Shown here: in pieces, positions 18,717 to 26,986 of the stretch
Position numbering within the stretch: the stretch's first letter is position 1
Layout: each line of letters starts with the position of its first letter
Source of the DNA: Vicinamibacterales bacterium
GTDB lineage: Bacteria; Acidobacteriota; Vicinamibacteria; Vicinamibacterales; JAMQPK01
Direction of reading: 5' to 3'
NCBI GenBank assembly: GCA_023717525.1
Contig: JAMQPK010000126.1
Span: forward strand, 160 to 64,159
Length of the DNA stretch: 64,000 bases
Notes under the pieces: model-generated
Told to the model about the DNA's origin: nothing
The model's database searches: none
Seen by the model: only the letters and a program-made list of their open reading frames with translations
Program-made: the position numbers and the translations under genes

Positions 18717-19977
18717 GCTGCAAGAAGCCCTCGAATTTCACAAATCCATCGTAGCCGAGGCCGGCAAGGCGCTGGTCGGGTACGAGACCGAAAAGGCGCT
18801 CGCCAACATCGTCCTGATGTCGGAGATTCCGACGACGTACGACCAGGACGAGCAGAAACAGGTGAACGCCGGCAACCTGCTGCTGCGCGGCGTGCCGGGC
18901 ATCGGCAAGACATTCTTCGGCGTGATCATCGCCGCCATCAGCGACGCGCGCTTCGCACGCATCCAGGGACGCGCCGATTTGCAGCCGACCGAGGTCGTCG
19001 GTTTCCAGATGATCAATCCGGCGACCGGTGCGTTCATCACCGAGTTCGGGCCTCTCGCGTCGGCCGAAGTCATTCTGCTCGACGAAATCAACCGCATCCC
19101 GCTGAAATCGCAGAGCGCGTTTCTCGAGGGGCTGCAGGATCGCAAGATCACCGTCGGCAAGACGACCTACGACCTGCCGACATTCAGCTTCGCCATCGCC
19201 ACGATGAATCCCGTTGAGCTCGGGCAGGGCACGTTCCCGTTGTCGGAGGCGGCCACCGACCGGTTCGCCATCATGGTGAACATCGGCTACCTCCCGCCGG
19301 AGGAGGAACAGAAGCTCGTCAACTTCGACTTCAAGCAGGTGCGCCTGAACAAGTTGATGTCGAAGGAGCGCATCGTGCAGCTGCGGGGTGCTATCACTCG
19401 AGAAGTGTTCCTGCACGAGAAGCTCGGGAAATACATCCGCCGGCTGGTGGGAGCCACTCGTCCGTACAACGTCGAGACCGACTGGCTGTACAAGTCGCCC
19501 TCCGACCTCGTTGAGCAGCACGTCGATCTGGGCGCGTCGCCGCGGGCGACGATCTGCTGGGGCCGCCTTGTGAAGGTGTGGGCGGTGCTCGCGCGCGACG
19601 GCAACCATCGGTCTGTCGGCCGTCTACTTTCAGGACATGTTCGGGTTGATGACGTTCGACAGCGGATTCGAGAACATGGCCTCGCTGCGGCCGCGCGTGG
19701 GCCGAGGCCACGTCATCCACTGCCTGGACGGGTATCAGGGACGTGTCGGGATGGAGGAAGTGAAAAGCGGCGTGCGGCTCGCGACGACGATCGGCGGCCA
19801 CTTGCGCCGGACCTCGCTGTTGCCGGTGGTGTCCGATTTTCTGTTCGAAGGAGCCGGCGACGCGATTCGCGAGCTCTCCCACCTGAATTCCGTGCACGAC
19901 GTGTTTCTCGTGATGATCGACAGCGCCTTCGCCTTCGAGCTGCCGGACGTGTCGGCGGGGTGGCTGAGCGCGTATGA
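18706..19977 (+). CDS. MoxR-like AAA+ ATPase, with the 3' end apparently replaced by an out-of-frame tail
   Basis: It has Walker A GVPGIGKT, Walker B VILLDEINR, and ATMNP...PLSEAATDRF. MoxR-like sequence stops near LARDGNH (about 19600). The remaining ~124 codons are Arg-rich and overlap the DUF58 frame. Confidence 0.7.
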   Translation: MHPELQEALEFHKSIVAEAGKALVGYETEKALANIVLMSEIPTTYDQDEQKQVNAGNLLLRGVPGIGKTFFGVIIAAISDARFARIQGRADLQPTEVVGFQMINPATGAFITEFGPLASAEVILLDEINRIPLKSQSAFLEGLQDRKITVGKTTYDLPTFSFAIATMNPVELGQGTFPLSEAATDRFAIMVNIGYLPPEEEQKLVNFDFKQVRLNKLMSKERIVQLRGAITREVFLHEKLGKYIRRLVGATRPYNVETDWLYKSPSDLVEQHVDLGASPRATICWGRLVKVWAVLARDGNHRSVGRLLSGHVRVDDVRQRIREHGLAAAARGPRPRHPLPGRVSGTCRDGGSEKRRAARDDDRRPLAPDLAVAGGVRFSVRRSRRRDSRALPPEFRARRVSRDDRQRLRLRAAGRVGGVAERV

Positions 19978-20176
19978 CGTCGAGACCGGCCAATCGCGGC
20001 TGGTCTCGCGCCGCGAACTGCACGCGCTCGGGCGGCGCGTCCGCGAGTGGCAGGACGACATCGAACGGCAGGCCCACGATCATGATATCGACGTGTTGCG
20101 GCTCGATGTGGATCAGGAAAAGAGCCTGCCGACGCTGCTCGAGTTCGTGATGGTGCGGAGGCTGCGGAAGAAATAG
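19574..20176 (+). pseudogene. DUF58-family protein, C-terminal part only (N-terminal half missing)
   Basis: The frame opens at 19574 and the first ATG is at 19637. TIGLSAVYFQDMFGLMTFDSG...HVIHCLD...VFLVMIDSAF resembles the central and C-terminal VWA-like part of DUF58 proteins that follow MoxR. The N-terminal region typical of DUF58 proteins, recalled as containing a GDD.R.IDW-type motif, is absent. Confidence 0.55.
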
Positions 20177-20204
20177 GGCTGAGGGCTATGGGCTGAGGGC
20201 CAAG
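20177..20204. repeat. Heptamer array (GGCTGAG-type x4)
   Basis: The units GGCTGAG GGCTATG GGCTGAG GGCCAAG start 1 nt after the DUF58 stop. They are followed by AGCAAGC AGCAAGA. Confidence 0.8.
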
Positions 20205-20263
20205 TCCACGCAGCAAGCAGCAAGATGTTGCTATCAGGATCCGGAGCGTGAGCGACGGCTGCG

Positions 20264-20291
20264 CGTGGGGGTGGGGCCCCACGCGAATCAA
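20264..20291. repeat. G4/C4 hairpin element, copy B
   Basis: The sequence is CGTGGGGGTGGGGCCCCACGCGAATCAA, 6 nt upstream of the BatD-like ATG at 20298. Confidence 0.75.
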
Positions 20292-20297
20292 AAAACG

Positions 20298-21518
20298 ATG
20301 ACTGTCAGTATGTTGAAACTCAGATACGCGTTGGTCGGATTGGCACTTCTCACGCTTGCGACGAGCGCGTTTGCGCAGGTTCCGGCGAAGCCCGCCGAGG
20401 TCGCCGTCGCCCCGATCGAGTGCTGGTGGAAGACCGATCGCAGCGCGGTGCGAGTCGGCGAGCGGTTTAACTTGACGCTCACGTGCGCGGTGCTCGACAC
20501 CGACAAAGTGAGGGTCGTCGTCGACGAGTCGAGCCTGGCGCCGTCGGCACTCCACCTCGTGCCGTTTGAAATCGTCGACGGCCAGCGGTTCCGCGACATC
20601 CTGAACGCCCCGCGCAGGTTCTTCCAGTATCAGTACGCGATGCGCGTGCTCGGCGAAGAGTTCTTCGGCAAGGAGATCACGCTGCCGCGGCTGCAACTCA
20701 GCTATCGCGTCCAGAATTCACTGAACGGCAGCTCGTCGCTGGCCGGGCGCGAGGAACAGTACTCGCTGAGGCCGGTGCCGATGCGGATCCTTTCGCTCGT
20801 CCCTGCCGGGACGATCGAGATTCGCGATGCGCCGCCCGACACGTTCGGCGATGTCGATACACGGCTGTTTCGCTCGAATCTGCTCCTGATGGTCGCGGCC
20901 GTCGCGCTTGTTCTGGCCGGGCTCGTCGCGATTCTGCTGCTTGCCCGCGCGGCCGTGAAGCGACGTGCGTCAGCGATGGTGAAACAGCGGGTTGTGCCGG
21001 CCGGAGCCGTCCTGCGCGCCGCCTCTGGTGAGCTGGCGCGAGTGCGGAAGGCGAGCGAGAGCGACGGCTGGAACAGCGATCTTGCGGGCCGAGCTGCGTC
21101 CGCTCTGCGGTTAGCCGGCGCCGTTGCGTTGAACCGCTCGGTGAGCCAGCGGGAAGTCGGGCGCGGCACCACGCTTGGCGAGGGTCAGCTGATGATCCGG
21201 CGCGGCCTGCGCGGCCGCAGGCTGGCGGTGTCGGCCGGCATCACGCCGGGCACCATCAGCGTGAACGGCGCAGCGCCCGTCGGTAGTCGCGCGCGAACGC
21301 TGTGGGACGGCATCTCCCAGCCGCTGGGTATCTTCACGACGGTGCGCTACAGCAGGAAAGGCACGATCGACGGCACGTCGTTGGATCACGCGCTCGCCGA
21401 GGGGCAGGACGCGGTGAAGCGGCTGCGCGTCTATCAGTGGCAGCGCATCGGCCGAGGACGAGGGCTGACCCGCCGAACCCCTGGCGAGGGCGGGCATATA
21501 CAGACATGGGCACGCTGA
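20298..21518 (+). CDS. BatD-like (oxygen-tolerance family) secreted and membrane-anchored protein, tentative
   Basis: It has a signal peptide (LKLRYALVGLALLTLATSAFAQ), a beta-rich ectodomain, one TM segment (LLLMVAAVALVLAGLVAILLLA) and a cytoplasmic tail. It sits in the third slot of a MoxR/DUF58/VWA operon. Confidence 0.5.
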   Translation: MTVSMLKLRYALVGLALLTLATSAFAQVPAKPAEVAVAPIECWWKTDRSAVRVGERFNLTLTCAVLDTDKVRVVVDESSLAPSALHLVPFEIVDGQRFRDILNAPRRFFQYQYAMRVLGEEFFGKEITLPRLQLSYRVQNSLNGSSSLAGREEQYSLRPVPMRILSLVPAGTIEIRDAPPDTFGDVDTRLFRSNLLLMVAAVALVLAGLVAILLLARAAVKRRASAMVKQRVVPAGAVLRAASGELARVRKASESDGWNSDLAGRAASALRLAGAVALNRSVSQREVGRGTTLGEGQLMIRRGLRGRRLAVSAGITPGTISVNGAAPVGSRARTLWDGISQPLGIFTTVRYSRKGTIDGTSLDHALAEGQDAVKRLRVYQWQRIGRGRGLTRRTPGEGGHIQTWAR

Positions 21519-22603
21519 ATGCACTTATCGCGCTCATCCAGCGGACGCTGAACGAATGGCGTGCGCCGGGCGCGAGCGACCTCGTGTTCGATGCCAGGAA
21601 CGCCGCGTTGTTGGCGGTGACGCTGTTCGTCATTGTGACGGCGCTCGCGCTGACGTGGCGTTCGCTCCGCGGACGCCTTCCCGGTCGCACGGCGATCGCT
21701 GTACCCGCGATCCTTCCGCGTGTCCGGCAGTCTCCGCTGACGTTCATCCGCCACCTGCCATTTGCCCTGTTCGCACTCGGGCTCCCGTTCTTCTGCCTCG
21801 CACTCGCGGATCCGTACGAGGCGCTCTCTGCGCAGCAGGTGTCGCATCCCGGCCGGCGTATCGCGGTCATCATGGATGCGTCGCTGAGCATGCTGTCGCC
21901 ATTTAGCGGTCAGCAGCTGAAAACGCAGAGCGACACGGCGTTCTCCAACACGATGGCCGCGGCGGAATACTTTGTGCGGATGCGGATGAAAGGGAAGTAC
22001 CGCGACCTCATCGCGCTCGAGCAGTTCGGCAACGAGGCGTACGTCATCACACCGTTTACGACCGACTACGAGAATCTTCTCCTCAGCCTCAAGATGATCA
22101 GCGACGTGAACGAGTGGCAGCGGTTTCCCGATCAGGGCACGATCATCATGAAAGCGATCGATGAAGGGGTCGATCTCTTCCAGGCGTTCGATTTCCTGAA
22201 ATCATCCGGCAACATCATGGTGATCTTCAGCGACGGCCAGGACAACAACGTGCAGATCGGCGACATGACACTCGATCAGGTCCTGAAGAAGGCCGTCGAT
22301 CATAAAGTGCCGGTCTATATGATCCGCACGGCCTACGCACGCGGGTTGTTCGATGTGATTCCCGATCAGGTGTGGAAGAAGGCGATCGACGCCACGGGCG
22401 GCCGTTTCTATCCGGCGGCGAATCAGGAAACGATCCTGCAGGCCATCAAGGAAATCGACGCCGCCGCAACCGGCCGTGTCGATGTGCGGGAGTACAGCGT
22501 GCGTCAGCCGCGTTATGCGCGGTTTGCGCTGATCGCGGTGCTGCTGTGGACGCTGGCGGCCGGCATGCAGATGAGTCTGCGGATGTTTCGCACGTTCCCT
22601 TAG
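21506..22603 (+). CDS. VWA-domain membrane protein (BatA-like)
   Basis: It has two N-terminal TM segments, the MIDAS motif VIMDASLSM, and a C-terminal TM segment. ATG 21506 overlaps the previous gene by 13 nt. Confidence 0.85.
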   Translation: MGTLNALIALIQRTLNEWRAPGASDLVFDARNAALLAVTLFVIVTALALTWRSLRGRLPGRTAIAVPAILPRVRQSPLTFIRHLPFALFALGLPFFCLALADPYEALSAQQVSHPGRRIAVIMDASLSMLSPFSGQQLKTQSDTAFSNTMAAAEYFVRMRMKGKYRDLIALEQFGNEAYVITPFTTDYENLLLSLKMISDVNEWQRFPDQGTIIMKAIDEGVDLFQAFDFLKSSGNIMVIFSDGQDNNVQIGDMTLDQVLKKAVDHKVPVYMIRTAYARGLFDVIPDQVWKKAIDATGGRFYPAANQETILQAIKEIDAAATGRVDVREYSVRQPRYARFALIAVLLWTLAAGMQMSLRMFRTFP

Positions 22604-22626
22604 AACCCAGAACCGTGGAGTACTGA

Positions 22627-23331
22627 ATGAAGCGTTCACTTGGAATCATCGTCGTCGTCCTGATTCTGGTCGTCGTCGGCGTGGCCGCCCTCATGACCGG
22701 CCTGTACCAACGGCGACTGGCGATCGCGCAGGAAGACATGGTCGTGCTCGATTTCGACGACCCACAAGTCGAGTACGCCGACCTGCAGCAGGATCTGACG
22801 AAATGGCCGCTGGTGTCGCGACGGCCGCTCGAGGAGATTCGCAAGCGGCGCGCGCTGCTGCAGTACTGGCAGGGCGATTACGCGGATCTCGTCGAGCTTG
22901 CGCGGACGGCATCCCAGTCCGACGAACCGATGGACCCCGAGATCCAGATTCTCGCCGCCAACGCGCTCTATCGCGTCGCGCAGCACGGACCGCAGGACAA
23001 GGCGACGGTGCTCAAGAACCTCGATGCGGTAATCCGCGCGTACGCCGAAGCGCTCCGCGCGGGCAGCGACCTTCCGGACACGGCCTTCAACTACGAGCTG
23101 GCCGTCAGGATTCGCGAAGAGATCAGCAGTGGCCGACGCAAAGGCGGCATGCCGAATTCGCAGGTGGACGAAACGAAGAGCGATCCCAATATGCACGGCG
23201 ATCCCGGCGAGCCACCAAAGGACATGAAGGTGGAGCAGTTCCAGATTCGAATCCCGATGGACCCCAAAGAGATTAAGAACAGCCAGGAGCAGACGGCGGG
23301 AACGGGGCAGCAGCGCAAGAGAAAAGGGTGA
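22627..23331 (+). CDS. Membrane-anchored hypothetical protein (helical, BatC-like position)
   Basis: It has an N-terminal TM segment (IIVVVLILVVVGVAALMTGL), a helical repeat-like body and a charged Lys/Gln-rich tail. The call is by operon position only. Confidence 0.55.
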   Translation: MKRSLGIIVVVLILVVVGVAALMTGLYQRRLAIAQEDMVVLDFDDPQVEYADLQQDLTKWPLVSRRPLEEIRKRRALLQYWQGDYADLVELARTASQSDEPMDPEIQILAANALYRVAQHGPQDKATVLKNLDAVIRAYAEALRAGSDLPDTAFNYELAVRIREEISSGRRKGGMPNSQVDETKSDPNMHGDPGEPPKDMKVEQFQIRIPMDPKEIKNSQEQTAGTGQQRKRKG

Positions 23332-24434
23332 CACGCCTGATTGATTTTGAATCGCTGCGATTCGGCCAGCCGTTGTACCTGTGGATGCTCGTCGGACCAG
23401 CGGTGTTGTTCGTCCTGTGGTGCTGGCGTGTCGTCCGCCGGCGCAGGGATGCACGGAAGTACAAGGCCGCGCGGTTAGTACCCGTGGACGAGCGCTTCAG
23501 CTCGATTGGCGAGCTGGCGTTCTGGTTGGGGCTCATCGCGGCGCTGACGTGCACGATTCTGGCGCTCGCTCGCCCTCAGGGCAGCACGTCCATCGTTCGC
23601 AGTTCCGGCGCTGACATCGTGCTGCTGTTGGACGGTTCCGCTTCGATGCGCGTGCGCGACATGGGCACCGATCGATGGCAACGGACGATGGCGTGGGTCA
23701 GGACGTTCACCGAGACGCTCAGCTGGCAGGGCGATCGGATGGCGCTCGCCACGTTTGCCGACATCGCGGTGCCGCAGATCCGGCTCACGCACGATCCCAA
23801 CACCATTCTGTTCTTCCTGGACCATCTCGACAAAGAGCCGACGTTCCGGCTCGAGAACGACACCAGTTGGGACACCAACGTCGAAGACGCCATCTACTGG
23901 GGCGTGAAGCTCGTCGACACCGATCTGGAGATGTATGGGCCGAACAAGAACGCGAAGACGTTCGTCATCGTCTCGGATGGCCAGGTTTGGAGCGGCAACG
24001 TGCAGCGCGCGCTTACGCAGGCCCTACACCGCGGCATCATGGTGGATGTGATCGGTGTGGGCACATCGAACGGTGGCCTCATCCCATTGCCCCATGGCGA
24101 AGACGGCAAAGTGCTGGCTGGCTTCGATCCGATTCGGTCCGTCCTCGACCGCACGTCGCTTCGCGAGATCGCCCGCGAGGGCGGCGGCGAGTACTTCGAA
24201 ATCGGGACTACGTCGGACGCGCAGATCGCCGCCCGGATCATCCACAATGCCTCAAGGCGCTCGGGAAACGATCAGGTGGACGAATCGCTCGATGAGCTCT
24301 ATTGGTACCTGCTCGCCGCCGCCGCCGCGTGCCTCGGGTTCGGGTTGCTGATGGTGAAACCGCGGGTACAGCTCGGTCTCGGATTGGCCGCCGCGATCGT
24401 GCTGCTGGCGGTGATAGCGGGATTGAGACAGTGA
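23328..24434 (+). CDS. VWA-domain membrane protein (BatB-like)
   Basis: It has N-terminal TM segments, the MIDAS motif VLLLDGSASM, and a C-terminal TM segment. The GTG start overlaps the upstream stop in a GTGA. Confidence 0.85.
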   Translation: MTRLIDFESLRFGQPLYLWMLVGPAVLFVLWCWRVVRRRRDARKYKAARLVPVDERFSSIGELAFWLGLIAALTCTILALARPQGSTSIVRSSGADIVLLLDGSASMRVRDMGTDRWQRTMAWVRTFTETLSWQGDRMALATFADIAVPQIRLTHDPNTILFFLDHLDKEPTFRLENDTSWDTNVEDAIYWGVKLVDTDLEMYGPNKNAKTFVIVSDGQVWSGNVQRALTQALHRGIMVDVIGVGTSNGGLIPLPHGEDGKVLAGFDPIRSVLDRTSLREIAREGGGEYFEIGTTSDAQIAARIIHNASRRSGNDQVDESLDELYWYLLAAAAACLGFGLLMVKPRVQLGLGLAAAIVLLAVIAGLRQ

Positions 24435-24443
24435 TCCGCAGCT

Positions 24444-24541
24444 GGAAACTGCAAACTTGAAGGCAAGTGAAGAAGTGCACTCCAGTGACGGGTTACCTTC
24501 TACTTACTTTCCACTTTCCACTTTCTACTTTCCACTTTCTC
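24444..24541. repeat. Inverted heptamer arrays between the convergent VWA and icd genes (right arm CTTTCCA x5)
   Basis: The right arm at 24507-24541 is CTTTCCA CTTTCCA CTTTCTA CTTTCCA CTTTCTC. The left arm at 24444-24477 is GGAAACT GCAAACT TGAAGGC AAGTGAA GAAGTG, roughly the reverse complement. Confidence 0.75.
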
Positions 24542-24542
24542 G

Positions 24543-25850
24543 TTACATGTGTCTTACTACCGCTCCCCCGAACTCCGAACACTTCACTTCCTTCGCTCCA
24601 TCCATGAGGCGAGCAAAATCGTAGGTGACGGTCTTCGCGGAAATCGCCCCTTCCATACCCCGCACAATGAGGTCAGCCGCTTCGTCCCAACCCAGGTAAC
24701 GGAGCATCATCTCGCCTGAAAGGATCACCGAGCCGGGGTTCACCTTGTCCTGATTCGCGTATTTCGGGGCGGTTCCATGCGTCGCTTCGAAGATCGCGTG
24801 ACCGGTAAGGTAGTTGGCGTTGCCGCCCGGTGCGATGCCGATGCCGCCGACCTGCGCGGCAAGCGCGTCCGAGAGGTAGTCGCCGTTGAGGTTGGGTGTG
24901 GCGATCACATCGAACTCGTCGGGCCGCGTGAGCACCTGCTGCAGTGTGATGTCGGCGATGGAGTCCTTGATGACGATCCCCGCCCCTGGCTTGCCCTCGG
25001 GTATTCTGCACCACGGTCCGCCGTCGATCTCAACGGCACCGTAAAAGTTCTTCGCAACCCGATAGCCCCAGTCGCGAAAGGCGCCCTCTGTGAACTTCAT
25101 GATGTTGCCTTTGTGGACGAGCGTGACGCTCTTCCGCTTGTGCTTGACGGCATAGCCGAGCGCGCTGTGAACCAGCCGTTCAGTGCCGAGATAGCTGATG
25201 GGCTTCAGGCCGATACCGACTTGAACGCTCACTTCGCGCGCGGGCGCCCCGATTGATTCGAGCAGCGCCTGCCATTCCTTCGAGGAGTCGAGGCTGCCGA
25301 AGCGAATCTTCTTGAACTCCTTCGGAAATTCCTTCGCGAAGAAGTCGAGCAGCTTCTGAGCTTCAGGGGTTCCCGCCGCGTATTCGATGCCGGCGTAGAT
25401 GTCTTCGGTGTTCTCCCGGAAGATGGTCATGTCGACCTTCTCCGGGTGCTTCACCGGCGACGGTACGCCCTTGTACCAGCGCACGGGCCTGAGGCACACG
25501 TAGAGATCGAGCAACTGGCGCAGCGCGACGTTCAGTGATCGGATGCCGCCGCCCACCGGAGTCGTCAACGGACCCTTGATGCCCACGAGATACTGGCGAA
25601 ACGCCGCGAGTGTTTCATCCGGCAGCCAGTTGCGAACAGTCGTGAAGGCCTTCTCACCTGCGAGCACCTCCATCCAGCTGATGCGACGACGGCCGCCGTA
25701 CGCTTTCTCGACCGCTGCGTCGAATACGCCGACGCTCGCGCGCCAGATGTCGGGGCCCGTACCGTCGCCTTCGATATAGGGGATCGTCGGATGATCGGGA
25801 ACGTTCAGTCTGCCGTTGGCGATGGTGATTGTGTTTCCCTGCTGCGTCAT
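24543..25850 (-). CDS. icd: NADP-dependent isocitrate dehydrogenase
   Basis: It has [34 protein letters not shown] and [26 protein letters not shown], which are Icd hallmarks. ATG 25850 is preferred, with TTG 25871 as an alternative. Confidence 0.93.
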   Translation of the reverse strand: MTQQGNTITIANGRLNVPDHPTIPYIEGDGTGPDIWRASVGVFDAAVEKAYGGRRRISWMEVLAGEKAFTTVRNWLPDETLAAFRQYLVGIKGPLTTPVGGGIRSLNVALRQLLDLYVCLRPVRWYKGVPSPVKHPEKVDMTIFRENTEDIYAGIEYAAGTPEAQKLLDFFAKEFPKEFKKIRFGSLDSSKEWQALLESIGAPAREVSVQVGIGLKPISYLGTERLVHSALGYAVKHKRKSVTLVHKGNIMKFTEGAFRDWGYRVAKNFYGAVEIDGGPWCRIPEGKPGAGIVIKDSIADITLQQVLTRPDEFDVIATPNLNGDYLSDALAAQVGGIGIAPGGNANYLTGHAIFEATHGTAPKYANQDKVNPGSVILSGEMMLRYLGWDEAADLIVRGMEGAISAKTVTYDFARLMDGAKEVKCSEFGGAVVRHM

Positions 25851-25883
25851 AAGCTGATAATCGTATCGCAACTACGAGCCCAC

Positions 25884-25911
25884 AGACTTCGGGCTCCGGG
25901 CTTTGGGCTTG
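25884..25911. repeat. Heptamer array (GGGCTTN-type x4)
   Basis: The units AGACTTC GGGCTCC GGGCTTT GGGCTTG lie between the act-operon terminator and the icd start. Confidence 0.7.
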
Positions 25912-25920
25912 ATTGGTCCA

Positions 25921-25958
25921 CAAAAACCAAGGGCGCGAGGACCGAAGTCCTCGCGCCC
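25921..25958 (-). terminator. Intrinsic terminator ending the act-like operon
   Basis: The minus strand reads GGGCGCGAGGAC-TTCG-GTCCTCGCGCCC-TTGGTTTTTG. This is a perfect 12-bp stem with a tetraloop and a U-rich tail, 25 nt after the cytochrome c stop. Confidence 0.85.
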
Positions 25959-25982
25959 CCGGTTTCGTACTCGCGGTGCAGC

Positions 25983-26366
25983 CTATTTCGCCAGCGTCCT
26001 TACGTAGTTCACGATGTCGGTGATCTCTTCCGGCTTCAGCCGCTTGGCCATCGCCGGCATGTTTCCGATCTCGCTCTTCTTGCCGTTCGAGACCAGCTCG
26101 TGAATGGCGGGGTCGGTCAACTTTGCCATCACGGCCTTGTCCGACAAGTCGGGCAGCTTACCCTTGAGCGTCTTCGCCGCGGGACCATCGCCTTTGCCGG
26201 CGGGGCCGTGGCACGTCTGGCACGAGCGCTTGAAGAGCGCTTCACCGTTGGCGATCGATTCAGGGCTGGCCTTCGCCGCGGGTGCTGCAGGCTTCGCCTG
26301 GCCAGCATAGACCGCCGTCATACAGAACAGCGCGAGTAATCCGGTCATTCCTAGAAATTTCGTCAT
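25983..26366 (-). CDS. actE: Monoheme class I c-type cytochrome (ActE-like)
   Basis: It has a signal peptide, a single CQTCHG heme motif, and a distal Met region (GNMPAM). It is the last gene of the ACIII-like operon. Confidence 0.8.
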   Translation of the reverse strand: MTKFLGMTGLLALFCMTAVYAGQAKPAAPAAKASPESIANGEALFKRSCQTCHGPAGKGDGPAAKTLKGKLPDLSDKAVMAKLTDPAIHELVSNGKKSEIGNMPAMAKRLKPEEITDIVNYVRTLAK

Positions 26367-26381
26367 CAGCAAATCCTCAAT

Positions 26382-26423
26382 AAACGGTAGACGATGAACG
26401 GTCGACGGTAAACGGTAAACGAC
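26382..26423. repeat. Heptamer array (RRACGGT-type x6)
   Basis: The units AAACGGT AGACGAT GAACGGT CGACGGT AAACGGT AAACGAC fill most of the actD-actE spacer. Confidence 0.8.
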
Positions 26424-26929
26424 TACACCCAGTTTACCGTAGTTGCTCCGGCCGCGTGGACCGCTTCCTCGACGGCCTTGCGATTTCGGTCCGAATAGGG
26501 GACAGCTACGACCACGCCGCCGTCAACGACGCTCGGATCATAGGGGCGGCCGGAGAAACTCGGCAGCCGCAACTCGACGAGCAGACCAGCCAGCGTCGCC
26601 AGCACGGCGCCGAGCATCGTCGTTTCGTATGTGATGAGCCCGACCGTCCAGGGCGCGACGATAGGCATCCCGCCTTTGACGAGCGGATAGGCAAGCGCAG
26701 AGAACGTGGCGAGCGAGAAGCCGCCAATCATGCCGAGGGCCGCTCCCGAGAGTGCCCACGCGAATAACTTCGTCGGCTTCTTCTCCGGCAGAAACGGCTC
26801 GCCGTGAATCGGCTGGGACGTCATGACGTCCATCGACTGCGGATCCACGCCCGACTGCAGCAGCCGGCGGATCGCCGCCCGAGCTTCAACGGGCTGATTG
26901 AACTTTGCCAGGCACCAGGTCTGAGACAT
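26423..26929 (-). CDS. actD: DUF3341 membrane protein (ActD-like)
   Basis: The 168-aa protein has a soluble N-domain, two TM helices (LFAWALSGAALGMIGGF, TMLGAVLATLAGLLV) and a C-terminal domain. It follows an NrfD-type subunit, as in ACIII. Confidence 0.75.
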   Translation of the reverse strand: MSQTWCLAKFNQPVEARAAIRRLLQSGVDPQSMDVMTSQPIHGEPFLPEKKPTKLFAWALSGAALGMIGGFSLATFSALAYPLVKGGMPIVAPWTVGLITYETTMLGAVLATLAGLLVELRLPSFSGRPYDPSVVDGGVVVAVPYSDRNRKAVEEAVHAAGATTVNWV

Positions 26930-26930
26930 G

Positions 26931-26986
26931 GAATTTGAAATGTGAAATCTGAAATTTGAAATTTAAGACTTGAAACTTGACATCAC
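26931..26986. repeat. Heptamer array (AAANNTG-type x8)
   Basis: The units GAATTTG AAATGTG AAATCTG AAATTTG AAATTTA AGACTTG AAACTTG ACATCAC show that the actC-actD spacer is essentially eight 7-bp units. Confidence 0.8.

Noticed and set aside
19604-19977. The C-terminal 124 aa of the listed MoxR ORF as genuine protein
   Set aside because: The tail is Arg-rich with no MoxR C-terminal lid motifs. It overlaps, in another frame, a sequence that clearly resembles DUF58. It is interpreted as read-through after a deletion or frameshift.
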